Assembly: GCF_000341895.1 (NCBI RefSeq)
Contig: NC_020409.1
Location: 1,440,001-1,472,000 of the forward strand
Direction of reading: 5' to 3'
Source of the DNA: Pseudodesulfovibrio piezophilus C1TLV30
Lineage (GTDB): Bacteria; Desulfobacterota; Desulfovibrionia; Desulfovibrionales; Desulfovibrionaceae
Length of the DNA stretch: 32,000 nt
Position numbers and translations under genes: made by a program. Within the stretch, counting starts at the first letter, position 1. Every line of letters starts with the position of its first letter. The notes under the pieces are model-generated. The model was not told the origin of the DNA. It was given only the letters and a program-made list of their open reading frames with translations, and did not search any database. Shown here in pieces: positions 18,085-26,292 of this stretch.

Positions 18085-18205
18085 GATGTCCTTATTGCTC
18101 TTTTACAGAATCAGGTCAAGAAAGTCACACAGATCCGGTTGACGATTTGCCCAAATTGTGAAAATTCACGAGCAATTATTTTACAATTCAACCCGAAACG
18201 GATTC

Positions 18206-19108
18206 ATGCAGACGGCCATCCAACTTTATATAAGAACTCCCGAAGGCATTGACCAGGAGGTCAGGTCAATCGTCACTGCCATGTTTCCTGAAAGTGATTT
18301 TTCGACCTACTCTCAGGCTTTCGCAGATGTTCGTCGTCTTTATGCGGGATTCTATCCTGGATTTCAACAATGCGACACCCCTTACCATAACTGGCACCAC
18401 ACGCTGGATGTCCTGTTGGCAACAGCGCGCCTTTTACACGGTATTCACCTCGCTCGACAGGCTCTCTCCCCGCACATCGTTCAATTAACCCTCATAGCCG
18501 CTCTTTTCCATGATTGCGGCTATATCCGTCGGGAAGACGAACACACTGGAACCGGAGCACAGTTCACTTTAGACCATGTTCAGCGGGGACTGCTCCTCCT
18601 GGAAGACTATTCAGACACACACCACTGGCCGATCATGGATCTCCTTGATCTCGACTCCATGCTCCAGTGTACAGCCCCGTCCGGGACGCCGGAAACAGTG
18701 GTCTTCACCAATATTGAATCCATGCTCGCTGCGCATGTTCTGGCAACAGCGGATATCGTCGCTCAGATGGGCAGCGACATTTATCTGGAACGACTTCCCC
18801 TGCTGTTCAAGGAACTCACGGAAGGGGGCATTACGGACTTTTCCAGTGAATATGATCTCTTCACCAAAACACGCGGATTTACATCCTTTATGTGGTCAAA
18901 AATGGAATGCAGACTTTCCAACGTCATCAACTGCATGCCAGCTCATTTCAAGGAACGATACAATATCGAACATGATTTTTATTCTGAATCGGCCCTGCGA
19001 AACCTGGAGTATCTTGAAAGCATCCTCGCCCGGTATGGCAAAGAATACAGTCAAGGATTACGCCGCAGTCTGAATCGAAGCGATCATCCGATTAAACACT
19101 CCGGTTGA
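18206..19108 (+). CDS. HD-domain phosphohydrolase-family protein
   Basis: Contains NWHHTLDV and the FHDCGY (H...HD) metal-binding signature. The start is set at ATG 18206. The ORF-track GTG at 18158 is an alternative. Confidence 0.8.
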   Translation: MQTAIQLYIRTPEGIDQEVRSIVTAMFPESDFSTYSQAFADVRRLYAGFYPGFQQCDTPYHNWHHTLDVLLATARLLHGIHLARQALSPHIVQLTLIAALFHDCGYIRREDEHTGTGAQFTLDHVQRGLLLLEDYSDTHHWPIMDLLDLDSMLQCTAPSGTPETVVFTNIESMLAAHVLATADIVAQMGSDIYLERLPLLFKELTEGGITDFSSEYDLFTKTRGFTSFMWSKMECRLSNVINCMPAHFKERYNIEHDFYSESALRNLEYLESILARYGKEYSQGLRRSLNRSDHPIKHSG

Positions 19109-19112
19109 CAAT

Positions 19113-19892
19113 TTATGGCTTCCAATATTTTTTTTTGATTTCCGGTAATGCCTTCTGAATTTTCTCTATCCTGGCGGCATTGGTCGGGTGGGTTGAAAGC
19201 CATGCAGGCACACTTTTCCCTCCCTTGTTCTTCGCCATCTTTCGCCAGAAAGTAAGAGCCGACTCTGGATCATACCCAGCCTTAGCCATCAGAATCAGGC
19301 CAATATAGTCAGCCTCGGACTCCATATTTCTCGAAAAAGGAAGCATGACCCCGACATTGACACCCGTCCCGTAAACCTGACTGAAGACAGACGCCACTGC
19401 CGAATTGCCCATACCCAGAGCAACGGCTCCGGCCTGCCCACCAAGAGAGATGAACATCTGTGTAGACAGACGCTCTGCTCCATGCCGCGCCAGGACGTGC
19501 GCCACCTCGTGTGCCATGACGGTGGCAAGCTCGGGATTTGTACTCGCCAGATTCAACAAGCCCGTGTAAACAAATATTTTGCCACCTGGCAATGCAAAGG
19601 CATTAACGGTTTCATCGTTTTTAACCAAAAGGAATTCCCAAGTCATTTCAGGGTTCCCGACTGCTGCGGCAATCCGCAGCCCGACATCGGTAATCCGATC
19701 TACACCGGGTCCTGTTGAAATAATATCTTCGCGCTTCTTGACTTCCTGACTTGCTTCCAGCCCCAGGGCTTGTTCCTGCTCCTCACTCATCACCATCAAC
19801 TGACTTCGTCCGGTGTAGGGAGACTTGGCACAACCGACCAGAATACTTGCCATGATCAGAATCACTGCCATATGGATAAACAGTCGCCGCAT
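19113..19892 (-). CDS. M48-family zinc metallopeptidase lipoprotein
   Basis: Lipobox ILVGC after the signal peptide, HEXXH motif (AHEVAHVLARH), and a downstream E (ESEADYIG). Confidence 0.9.
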   Translation of the reverse strand: MRRLFIHMAVILIMASILVGCAKSPYTGRSQLMVMSEEQEQALGLEASQEVKKREDIISTGPGVDRITDVGLRIAAAVGNPEMTWEFLLVKNDETVNAFALPGGKIFVYTGLLNLASTNPELATVMAHEVAHVLARHGAERLSTQMFISLGGQAGAVALGMGNSAVASVFSQVYGTGVNVGVMLPFSRNMESEADYIGLILMAKAGYDPESALTFWRKMAKNKGGKSVPAWLSTHPTNAARIEKIQKALPEIKKKYWKP

Positions 19893-20059
19893 CCTTACTC
19901 CATTGCATATCGATTGAAATGTGCTGCTATACTACATGACTACAGCCTCGGAGACCAGCCTGGATTGCCTTGCCAACACAGATATTTATTTTGCAAAAAA
20001 GCCTGATTTGACATAGGGTTTGAAAGAAATCGTAACATCCAGGACCGTATCAGGGTACC

Positions 20060-21772
20060 ATGACAACACCAGCAGCATCAACCGCACCACAGCTCGATAC
20101 CGAACAAAGACTGACAGCATATCAGAAGAAGCTCCGTGCGCTCAAGGAACGGTCATCACTCCGGGAAGTCATGGAGAGAGAACTTCTCCTTGAATTCATT
20201 ACGGTCAACCAGAGTCGGATCAACGAATACCCTCTCCTCAAAGCCCAACAAAAAAGTGTTCTGGAATTGCTCTGCGGTCGAATAGGACACCCTGGATACG
20301 AATATATCCATCAGCATATCGCAAACTTCATCATCCTCCTTGCCCACCATGGAAAAGCGGTCAAGGCAAAAGACACACCCCAAGCCGAGGAACTTCAGGC
20401 CGGCATTGTCAACACTGAAGCAATGCTCATTAAGTGCATTCAGGGTATTGTTTTTGCCATGGCCTTGATCACTGATAACTTTGAGGAAATCGTCCTTCGC
20501 TACTTTGGCCAACACGCTCTGCGCGAGTATAGCGATCTGATCGAAAAGTATGAACTGGATGACCAGTTCTGGAAAGCTTTTGTCGAACAATTCGTGGCAA
20601 GTCGCGTGGAAGAGGCCCATAAAGAGATACTGGAAGGCGAAAAATACGATATTTCCAAAGAACGGCATTTTCTGGTCATCCGCTTTCTCTTCGATGACAT
20701 TCTGGCCAAGCTCAACCCGACTGACCAGACTATCGAAAAAACCCGCATCCAAAAAAGCTACGTCACAAGCCGCACGGAATTCGATGGAAGAAAACGGGCC
20801 AAATTCATCCAATCCATTCTGATCAAAGGGTTGAGTTCCCTTAGTCAGGCAAAAGAAATTTCCAACAACGAATATCTCCAAGCTGCCAGAATCACTTGTG
20901 TTGATACCATTGCTGAAGAATTCGAGACCCAATATCAGCATAGGGTTCTTCAGAACCGAGCCAGAAAAAACTCTCCTGACACGCCTGACGAACGGGACCC
21001 TGAGGCGATCAAGGCCGAGAATCTCGAATTCAAGTTTCTCATGGATCAAATTGTTGCCATGGGTGTCGGTGCAGCGATCGCCATAGGCCGGACCAGCGAC
21101 CATTTTTATAAAGCTCTAGAAGGGTTTGTCCCTGAACAAATTGACGGGATCCGCCCCTTGGCAAAAGATTTCGGTATTCCCACTCTGGAACGAATCCTCT
21201 ACTTCCTTCTGGAAAATCATACGATCCATATTCTCCAGGAAATGGGACGTTCCGAGGGGAGCAAAATCCAAGTCCGCAGTGGACGGGCACGGCGTGTGGG
21301 CGAAGCAGTGGTGGACGCATTGCCTGCCATGACCAAGATCAGGAAAAAGCAGCTCTTCGGAAATGACGTGACCCGAAAAGGGACCCTCCTCTTCAAGCCC
21401 AAAACCGCTAAGCAGATGGCCGGGGCCATGACCATGCTCAGCCTGGAACCTGATTTGCAAAAAGCACTGACCGAACTGTGGCAAAAAGCCATCTTTCGCG
21501 TGGACATCATGGTTTTGCTCAATCTTGAACAAATTGCCAGGACAACCACCAATATCACGGTCAAACTCGCAGAGATACTCGAAAAATACGGTGTTTCCAA
21601 AAAGACTTCCCCCAAAACAGACGAGGACGAAATTGAAGAAGTCGAAGAAATTCAGACATCCGTGACACGAATCGAGAAAACGCCTGAAAAGCAGGAACCA
21701 GTTCCATCAGAAATACTCCCGCAGGACGAAGAATTGACTGACGCCCAGGAGCAATCACCCAAGACAGAATAA
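20060..21772 (+). CDS. Hypothetical protein, 570 aa, no recognisable domain
   Basis: A long ORF with protein-like, mostly helical composition. It has a GGTACC-adjacent ATG start and an acidic low-complexity tail (DEDEIEEVEEIQ...). A very strong terminator follows. Confidence 0.75.
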   Translation: MTTPAASTAPQLDTEQRLTAYQKKLRALKERSSLREVMERELLLEFITVNQSRINEYPLLKAQQKSVLELLCGRIGHPGYEYIHQHIANFIILLAHHGKAVKAKDTPQAEELQAGIVNTEAMLIKCIQGIVFAMALITDNFEEIVLRYFGQHALREYSDLIEKYELDDQFWKAFVEQFVASRVEEAHKEILEGEKYDISKERHFLVIRFLFDDILAKLNPTDQTIEKTRIQKSYVTSRTEFDGRKRAKFIQSILIKGLSSLSQAKEISNNEYLQAARITCVDTIAEEFETQYQHRVLQNRARKNSPDTPDERDPEAIKAENLEFKFLMDQIVAMGVGAAIAIGRTSDHFYKALEGFVPEQIDGIRPLAKDFGIPTLERILYFLLENHTIHILQEMGRSEGSKIQVRSGRARRVGEAVVDALPAMTKIRKKQLFGNDVTRKGTLLFKPKTAKQMAGAMTMLSLEPDLQKALTELWQKAIFRVDIMVLLNLEQIARTTTNITVKLAEILEKYGVSKKTSPKTDEDEIEEVEEIQTSVTRIEKTPEKQEPVPSEILPQDEELTDAQEQSPKTE

Positions 21773-21791
21773 CGTCAGCCATTAAAAAAAT

Positions 21792-21838
21792 AAAAAAAGA
21801 ACGCTTTCGCAGTAATACTGCGAAAGCGTTCTTTTTTT
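21792..21838. terminator. Bidirectional Rho-independent terminator between the 570-aa gene and purU
   Basis: A7, then a perfect 14-bp stem GAACGCTTTCGCAG (21799-21812) with CTGCGAAAGCGTTC (21818-21831), a 5-nt loop, then T7. Confidence 0.88.
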
Positions 21839-21851
21839 AAGTTCAGAAAAA

Positions 21852-22733
21852 TTAACGACGAAAGACGATTGTCTTGTTCCCATCGACAATCACGCGATCC
21901 TCAAGGTGCCATTTGACAGCCCGAGCCAAGACATGCCGCTCGATATCCCCGCCGAGCCGCTTGAGATCATCAACATCGTGAGAATGGGTGACTCGGATCA
22001 CATCCTGCTCAATAATCGGCCCTTCATCCAACTCGGCCGTCACATAGTGAGCTGTTGCGCCGATGAGTTTGACTCCGCGTTCATGTGCCCTTCGGTATGG
22101 ATCAGCGCCCACGAACGCAGGCAGAAAGGAATGATGAATGTTGATGATACTATTCCCGTAGCGCGCCACAAAATCCGATGTCAGAATCTGCATGTACCGG
22201 GCAAGAACGATAAGATCAACCTGCCCCTCCATCAGCTCGATAATCCTATCCTCTGCGGCGACTTTGTCGCGCAGGGTCGGACCGACCGGAATATGATGAA
22301 AGGGAACACCAAAATGTTCTACTGAAGACTGCAAATCGGGATGATTACTGATGACCATGGCGATTTCCGTCTCCAGGTCGCCCCGTTTCCAGCGCCAGAG
22401 TAATTCCATGAGAGCATGGTCCACCTTGGAGCAAAGGATGACCATTCTTTTGGGTTCCCAAACCGGATTGAGGCTCCAGTCCATAATGAACCCATCGGTC
22501 ACTTCGGCTTCAAAATCAGCTCGCAACTGAACCAACCCTTCCAGGTCGAGGCCAGGAAGATAAAACTCGTTGCGCATGAAAAAACGACCACCTTCAGGAT
22601 CGGTCGAATGCTGGTCTGAATGAATAATATTCGCGCCCTTACTGTGCAGGAATCGGCTGACTGCGGCAACAATACCGGGCTGGTCCGGGCAGGTGATCAG
22701 CAGCCGGACAGTACTTTCCTTTGATTCGGTCAT
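21852..22733 (-). CDS. purU: Formyltetrahydrofolate deformylase
   Basis: 293 aa. N-terminal ACT domain ([19 protein letters not shown]) plus a formyltransferase domain ([29 protein letters not shown]). Confidence 0.93.
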   Translation of the reverse strand: MTESKESTVRLLITCPDQPGIVAAVSRFLHSKGANIIHSDQHSTDPEGGRFFMRNEFYLPGLDLEGLVQLRADFEAEVTDGFIMDWSLNPVWEPKRMVILCSKVDHALMELLWRWKRGDLETEIAMVISNHPDLQSSVEHFGVPFHHIPVGPTLRDKVAAEDRIIELMEGQVDLIVLARYMQILTSDFVARYGNSIINIHHSFLPAFVGADPYRRAHERGVKLIGATAHYVTAELDEGPIIEQDVIRVTHSHDVDDLKRLGGDIERHVLARAVKWHLEDRVIVDGNKTIVFRR

Positions 22734-22942
22734 GGGATAATCACTCTTTTTTTACTTGGTCTTTTTGGCTCTATCCGGTAATGCGGCTCAAGCCAATGGT
22801 GGGCTTTAACGCAAATCAGGTCTGAATAAAAGTCTTTTTCCCCGTACTTCCGGCGTCAAAAGGCGTACGTCGATTGCACGGCCACAGGATTTGCGATAGT
22901 GTTGCCCTCCTCTGAACCGTAACCTTTCAAGGATGAACAGCG

Positions 22943-23563
22943 ATGTCTGAAGCCGCTTTGAAGAAAGTGATGGATCACGCAGAAGCCGGACTCACCGCCC
23001 GCAAGACTTTTTTTGATTCCAAGGGAGAACTCATTGTCGAGATCGCCCGCGCCATGGCCGTTTGTCTGGCCAGTGGAGGCAAAATCATGTTCTGTGGCAA
23101 CGGCGGCAGTGCCGCCGACAGCCAACATCTGGCTGCGGAATTCACTAACCGCTTCAAGCTGGAACGCCCCCCTCTTCCGGGCCTGGCTCTGACCACAGAC
23201 ACTTCAGCGCTGACAGCCATCGGAAACGATTACAGCTTTGATGAAGTTTTTTCAAAACAACTTCAGGCTCTGGGACGCCCTGGCGATATACTCATGGGGT
23301 TGTCCACATCCGGCACCAGCTCCAATGTCATTCGCGCCATGCGTGAAGCAAAACGAATTGGAATAGTCACTATTGGGATGTCCGGGCAAACTGGTGGCGA
23401 AATGAGTTCGGTGTCGGACTTTCTTGTCACAGTCCCATCCAGTGACACTCCGATCATTCAGGAAATCCACATTTCTGCCGCGCACATGATGTGCCACCTC
23501 GTTGACCATTTCCTTTTTGAGGCTGTCTCCGAACTGACGCCTTTTCTGCCGCAGGAAGGCTAA
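22943..23563 (+). CDS. gmhA: D-sedoheptulose-7-phosphate isomerase (SIS domain; GmhA/DiaA family)
   Basis: 206 aa. Contains CGNGGSAADSQHLAAEF, TAIGNDYSFDEVF, LSTSGTSSNV and the QE.H...H tail typical of GmhA. Confidence 0.85.
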   Translation: MSEAALKKVMDHAEAGLTARKTFFDSKGELIVEIARAMAVCLASGGKIMFCGNGGSAADSQHLAAEFTNRFKLERPPLPGLALTTDTSALTAIGNDYSFDEVFSKQLQALGRPGDILMGLSTSGTSSNVIRAMREAKRIGIVTIGMSGQTGGEMSSVSDFLVTVPSSDTPIIQEIHISAAHMMCHLVDHFLFEAVSELTPFLPQEG

Positions 23564-23583
23564 CTCGTTTGAAACGGAAAAAG

Positions 23584-23618
23584 AAAAGACCTCTCCATTA
23601 TTGCAGAGGTCTTTTCTT
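23584..23618. terminator. Rho-independent terminator (A/T-flanked, likely bidirectional)
   Basis: Stem AGACCTCT (23587-23594) with AGAGGTCT (23605-23612), flanked by an A-run and TTTTCTT. Confidence 0.7.
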
Positions 23619-23637
23619 GCGCTCTTGATCATCCAGC

Positions 23638-24012
23638 TCACAGTTTTTCGCGTCGAATCCTGATCTCCAATCCCTTTCGCCGCAAATGTTTGGCAAGGTA
23701 CTCGGCACGCTTCAGTGTCGGAACCGTACTGATGACGAGTTGTGCCTGATCGGATTCATCCCAAATCCATATATTCTCCGGCAAAACCAACCCCGCCATG
23801 CGAACGTCCTCAAGCAATTGGTTCCTGGAAACATCCCTGCCCATCACAGTATTCGCCTTCAACTTCTCCCCACATGCCAGGACCCACCATCCAAGAGGTT
23901 TGATCTCGGCGTTCGGGTCTTCCCCGAAACTCCGGTGCACCTCAAAGGCTAGGTCCTGGCGGACAACAGCAGTCAACCGCCGAATACTGTCCTCTATATC
24001 CTGTATGATCAT
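23638..24012 (-). CDS. Hypothetical protein (124 aa)
   Basis: Protein-like composition that fills the gap between two terminator and promoter regions. I recognise no motif. Confidence 0.6.
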   Translation of the reverse strand: MIIQDIEDSIRRLTAVVRQDLAFEVHRSFGEDPNAEIKPLGWWVLACGEKLKANTVMGRDVSRNQLLEDVRMAGLVLPENIWIWDESDQAQLVISTVPTLKRAEYLAKHLRRKGLEIRIRREKL

Positions 24013-24170
24013 GATTATCCTGTCATCCCTTTACTGAAAGGACTATAGCTCCGCTCAATTGCAGAAGATATTATTTTAATCTTCTCACCCACCCCTTGGC
24101 AAGGCCGATGAGAACATCCCCATCCGCACAGTCTCCTTGCGCGGACAAATTTCCCAGTGTATCAAAGGAC

Positions 24171-24590
24171 ATGGTCTACATGTCCGGCAATATCCCACAC
24201 CGCACTCCCCTTGAGCGCTTTGGTCGCAAACTCTTCGGCCTCGCAGCCATCACCCTGATTATCGTCGCGCTCTGGAACATCCCCTATAATATTCTCCGGG
24301 AAGAACGATTCAGGCTCTTCGGCGAATCAATGACCACAGGAGTGGTAACTGAAATCCGAAGTGAACAAGCCACATCCGGCGAGCGACTCAATTTCATTGA
24401 ATACAAATACGTGGATAACGACGGATTGGCGCGATGGGGCTCAGCCCGCTTACCTGAAGCAACTTGGAAAAGATTTCGTCCTGGCAGTCTGTTGCAGGTT
24501 CTCTACGCCAAATCAAGGCCTGACCTGGCTCGTATACAGGGTGAAATGGAACCCCCATTCCAAATCTGGCTTCGCAATCTTCTCCGGTAG
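24171..24590 (+). CDS. DUF3592-like membrane protein
   Basis: ATG at 24171 preceded by AAAGGA. It has one N-terminal TM segment (LFGLAAITLIIVALW) and then a beta-rich domain with the G.V..I...........Y.Y.D.DG......G..L.V.Y pattern seen in DUF3592. Confidence 0.55.
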   Translation: MVYMSGNIPHRTPLERFGRKLFGLAAITLIIVALWNIPYNILREERFRLFGESMTTGVVTEIRSEQATSGERLNFIEYKYVDNDGLARWGSARLPEATWKRFRPGSLLQVLYAKSRPDLARIQGEMEPPFQIWLRNLLR

Positions 24591-24603
24591 CCGGAGCGAC
24601 GGT

Positions 24604-25407
24604 CTATACGGTTCTGCCCGGAAGCGCAAATGAAAGAAAGAAACACACCGAAGCTACCGCGATAATCGAAGCTCCTGAAGTGATATCCGCCATATAGGAT
24701 AGGACCAGCCCGGCAACGGTAAAAAAACAACTCAACAGAGTCGAAACCAGCATCATCGATCCCAGAGATCGTGCCCGGCGCTCTGCAATAAACGGGGGAA
24801 TTGTCAGTAAAGCGATGACCAGGATCAATCCAACCACACGAATGATCATGACAACGCTCAAGCCAACCATGGTAATCAGCAAAAAATAGAGAAAATCTAC
24901 AGGCACACCACGGCTACGGGCAAATTCTTCATCAAAACTCATAACCAGAAAACCGCGGTAAAAAGCCATCGTCATTATGAGGACAAGACAGGCCAACCCT
25001 CCCATTATCCAGATATCCGAAGAAGGCACCGCGAGGATCGAGCCGAAGAGATAACTCATGAGATCAACATTATAGCCCGGTGTCATATCGAGCAAAATAA
25101 TACCAAAAGCCATTCCTGCCGCCCATATGACTCCAATGACAGTATCGGCCCGTTCTCGCGCTCTGAGGGTCACCAGGGCCATGACAAGTCCTGCCAGCAC
25201 CGTGAAGGCCGTAGTAACAGGCAGGACAGGCAGCCCAAGAAAAAAAGCGAGCCCGACGCCGCCATAGGAGGCATGGGCAATGCCACCGGAAATGAAGACA
25301 ATACGATTGACGACCACCAAGGTTCCGATAATCCCGCAGATAACGCTCGCCAGCAGTCCAGCCAGCAGCGCGTTCTGCATGAAATCAAAATGGAGAAGTT
25401 CCATCAT
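24604..25407 (-). CDS. Metal (Zn/Mn-type) ABC transporter permease, ABC-3 family (ZnuB-like)
   Basis: 267 aa, polytopic. The N-terminus is typical of the family (LLHFDFMQNALLAGLL..I.CG.IG..VV.NR). Its start overlaps the upstream ATPase stop (ATGA). Confidence 0.88.
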   Translation of the reverse strand: MMELLHFDFMQNALLAGLLASVICGIIGTLVVVNRIVFISGGIAHASYGGVGLAFFLGLPVLPVTTAFTVLAGLVMALVTLRARERADTVIGVIWAAGMAFGIILLDMTPGYNVDLMSYLFGSILAVPSSDIWIMGGLACLVLIMTMAFYRGFLVMSFDEEFARSRGVPVDFLYFLLITMVGLSVVMIIRVVGLILVIALLTIPPFIAERRARSLGSMMLVSTLLSCFFTVAGLVLSYMADITSGASIIAVASVCFFLSFALPGRTV

Positions 25408-26234
25408 TGTCCCTCCTCCCCAGTATTTCCACTGTCCGTCTTCTCGTGTGGGCCAAGCACTCTGTGCGGCACATCTCCATGCGTCACCAACTCCACTGGA
25501 CAGCAGGTATCACCGCTCCCATAGCTCATCTTGAACATCTCGCCGGTTATCTCTGGTGCTTTATGAAAATGCAGATCTCGATTAACACATGCCACTGATT
25601 TCACGCCAGAAGTGAGGGAAGAAATATCATGACTGACCATAATGACCGTCATGTCCTTATTCAGTTCACTCAAAAGGGCAAACAGAGAGTTCCTGCTCTC
25701 GGGGTCAACACTGGCCGTCGGCTCGTCCAACAGCAGCAACTCAGGCGAACTGACAAGAGCGCGAGCGATAAAGGCCCGTTGCTTCTGCCCGCCAGACAAA
25801 CCTGCCAGACGACGACTTTCCTGCGCCAACAATCCAACTTTTTCAAGGGCCTTACGAGCGCGAACGACTTCATCCGAGGAACGGGACCGGCCAGCGATGC
25901 CACGCAGCCCAGGCCTCACCGTTCCCATGATTACCGCATCAAGGACCGTCACAGGAAAGGATTTTGAGACATGAGTGTGCTGTGGCAAATACCCGATACG
26001 CCCTCCAGTGGAACCAGGCTCCTCACCCAAAACCCTGATTGTCCCACTGTCTGGCCTGAGCAGACCGAGCATAAGTTTGAGTAGCGTCGACTTTCCCCCG
26101 CCATTCGGACCAAGGACAGCCATAAAATCACCACGTTCAACAACTAAGGAAATATTTTCCAGTATTGAGACGTTCCCTATGGACAGGGATACATTGTCTA
26201 TTTTGATAACAGGCTTCATGCCAAGTACAACCAA
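25404..26234 (-). CDS. Metal ABC transporter ATP-binding protein (ZnuC-like) with Cys/His-rich C-terminal extension
   Basis: Walker A GPNGGGKST, signature LSGGQKQR, Walker B LLLLDEP. The TTG start at 26234 lies 6 nt after GAGGAG. The C-terminal tail reads GDTCCPVELVTHGDVPHRVLGPHEK. Confidence 0.9.
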   Translation of the reverse strand: MVVLGMKPVIKIDNVSLSIGNVSILENISLVVERGDFMAVLGPNGGGKSTLLKLMLGLLRPDSGTIRVLGEEPGSTGGRIGYLPQHTHVSKSFPVTVLDAVIMGTVRPGLRGIAGRSRSSDEVVRARKALEKVGLLAQESRRLAGLSGGQKQRAFIARALVSSPELLLLDEPTASVDPESRNSLFALLSELNKDMTVIMVSHDISSLTSGVKSVACVNRDLHFHKAPEITGEMFKMSYGSGDTCCPVELVTHGDVPHRVLGPHEKTDSGNTGEEGQ

Positions 26235-26292
26235 TGGAGGCTCCTCAAATTCATGTTCATGTAACCTGCGTCAAATTAACACAGCGCCCCGA

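Noticed and set aside
18158-18169. GTGAA-AA-TTCAC mini-palindrome upstream of the HD-domain gene, reminiscent of CRP/FNR half-sites (TGTGA...TCACA).
   Set aside because: The spacer between half-sites is 4 nt counted as TGTGA-N4-TCAC, not the N6 of CRP/HcpR-type sites. With 5-bp arms it could easily arise by chance. I mention it only inside the related finding.
19128-19136. T9 (A9 on the coding strand) homopolymer at the 3' end of the M48 peptidase gene.
   Set aside because: It encodes KKK five codons before the stop. A slip would change only the last few residues, so it is unlikely to act as a phase switch.
20156-21103. Long antisense ORFs inside real genes. Examples are 315 aa at 20156-21103, 242 aa at 6576-7304, 178 aa at 4199-4735, 177 aa at 4802-5335, 174 aa at 11352-11876, 164 aa at 13488-13982 and 194 aa at 31126-31710.
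   Set aside because: Each lies opposite a gene with clear family motifs or better coding character. Their compositions are Arg/Ser/Gly/Pro-skewed, as expected for shadow frames. There is no evidence for overlapping genes.
26250-26262. Tandem ACATGA-ACATGA (minus strand) just upstream of the ZnuC-like gene Shine-Dalgarno sequence, considered as a possible Zur/Fur box.
   Set aside because: It is a direct repeat, not an inverted one. It is short and does not resemble the AT-rich palindromic Zur/Fur consensus. I could not support it as a regulatory site without a motif scan.
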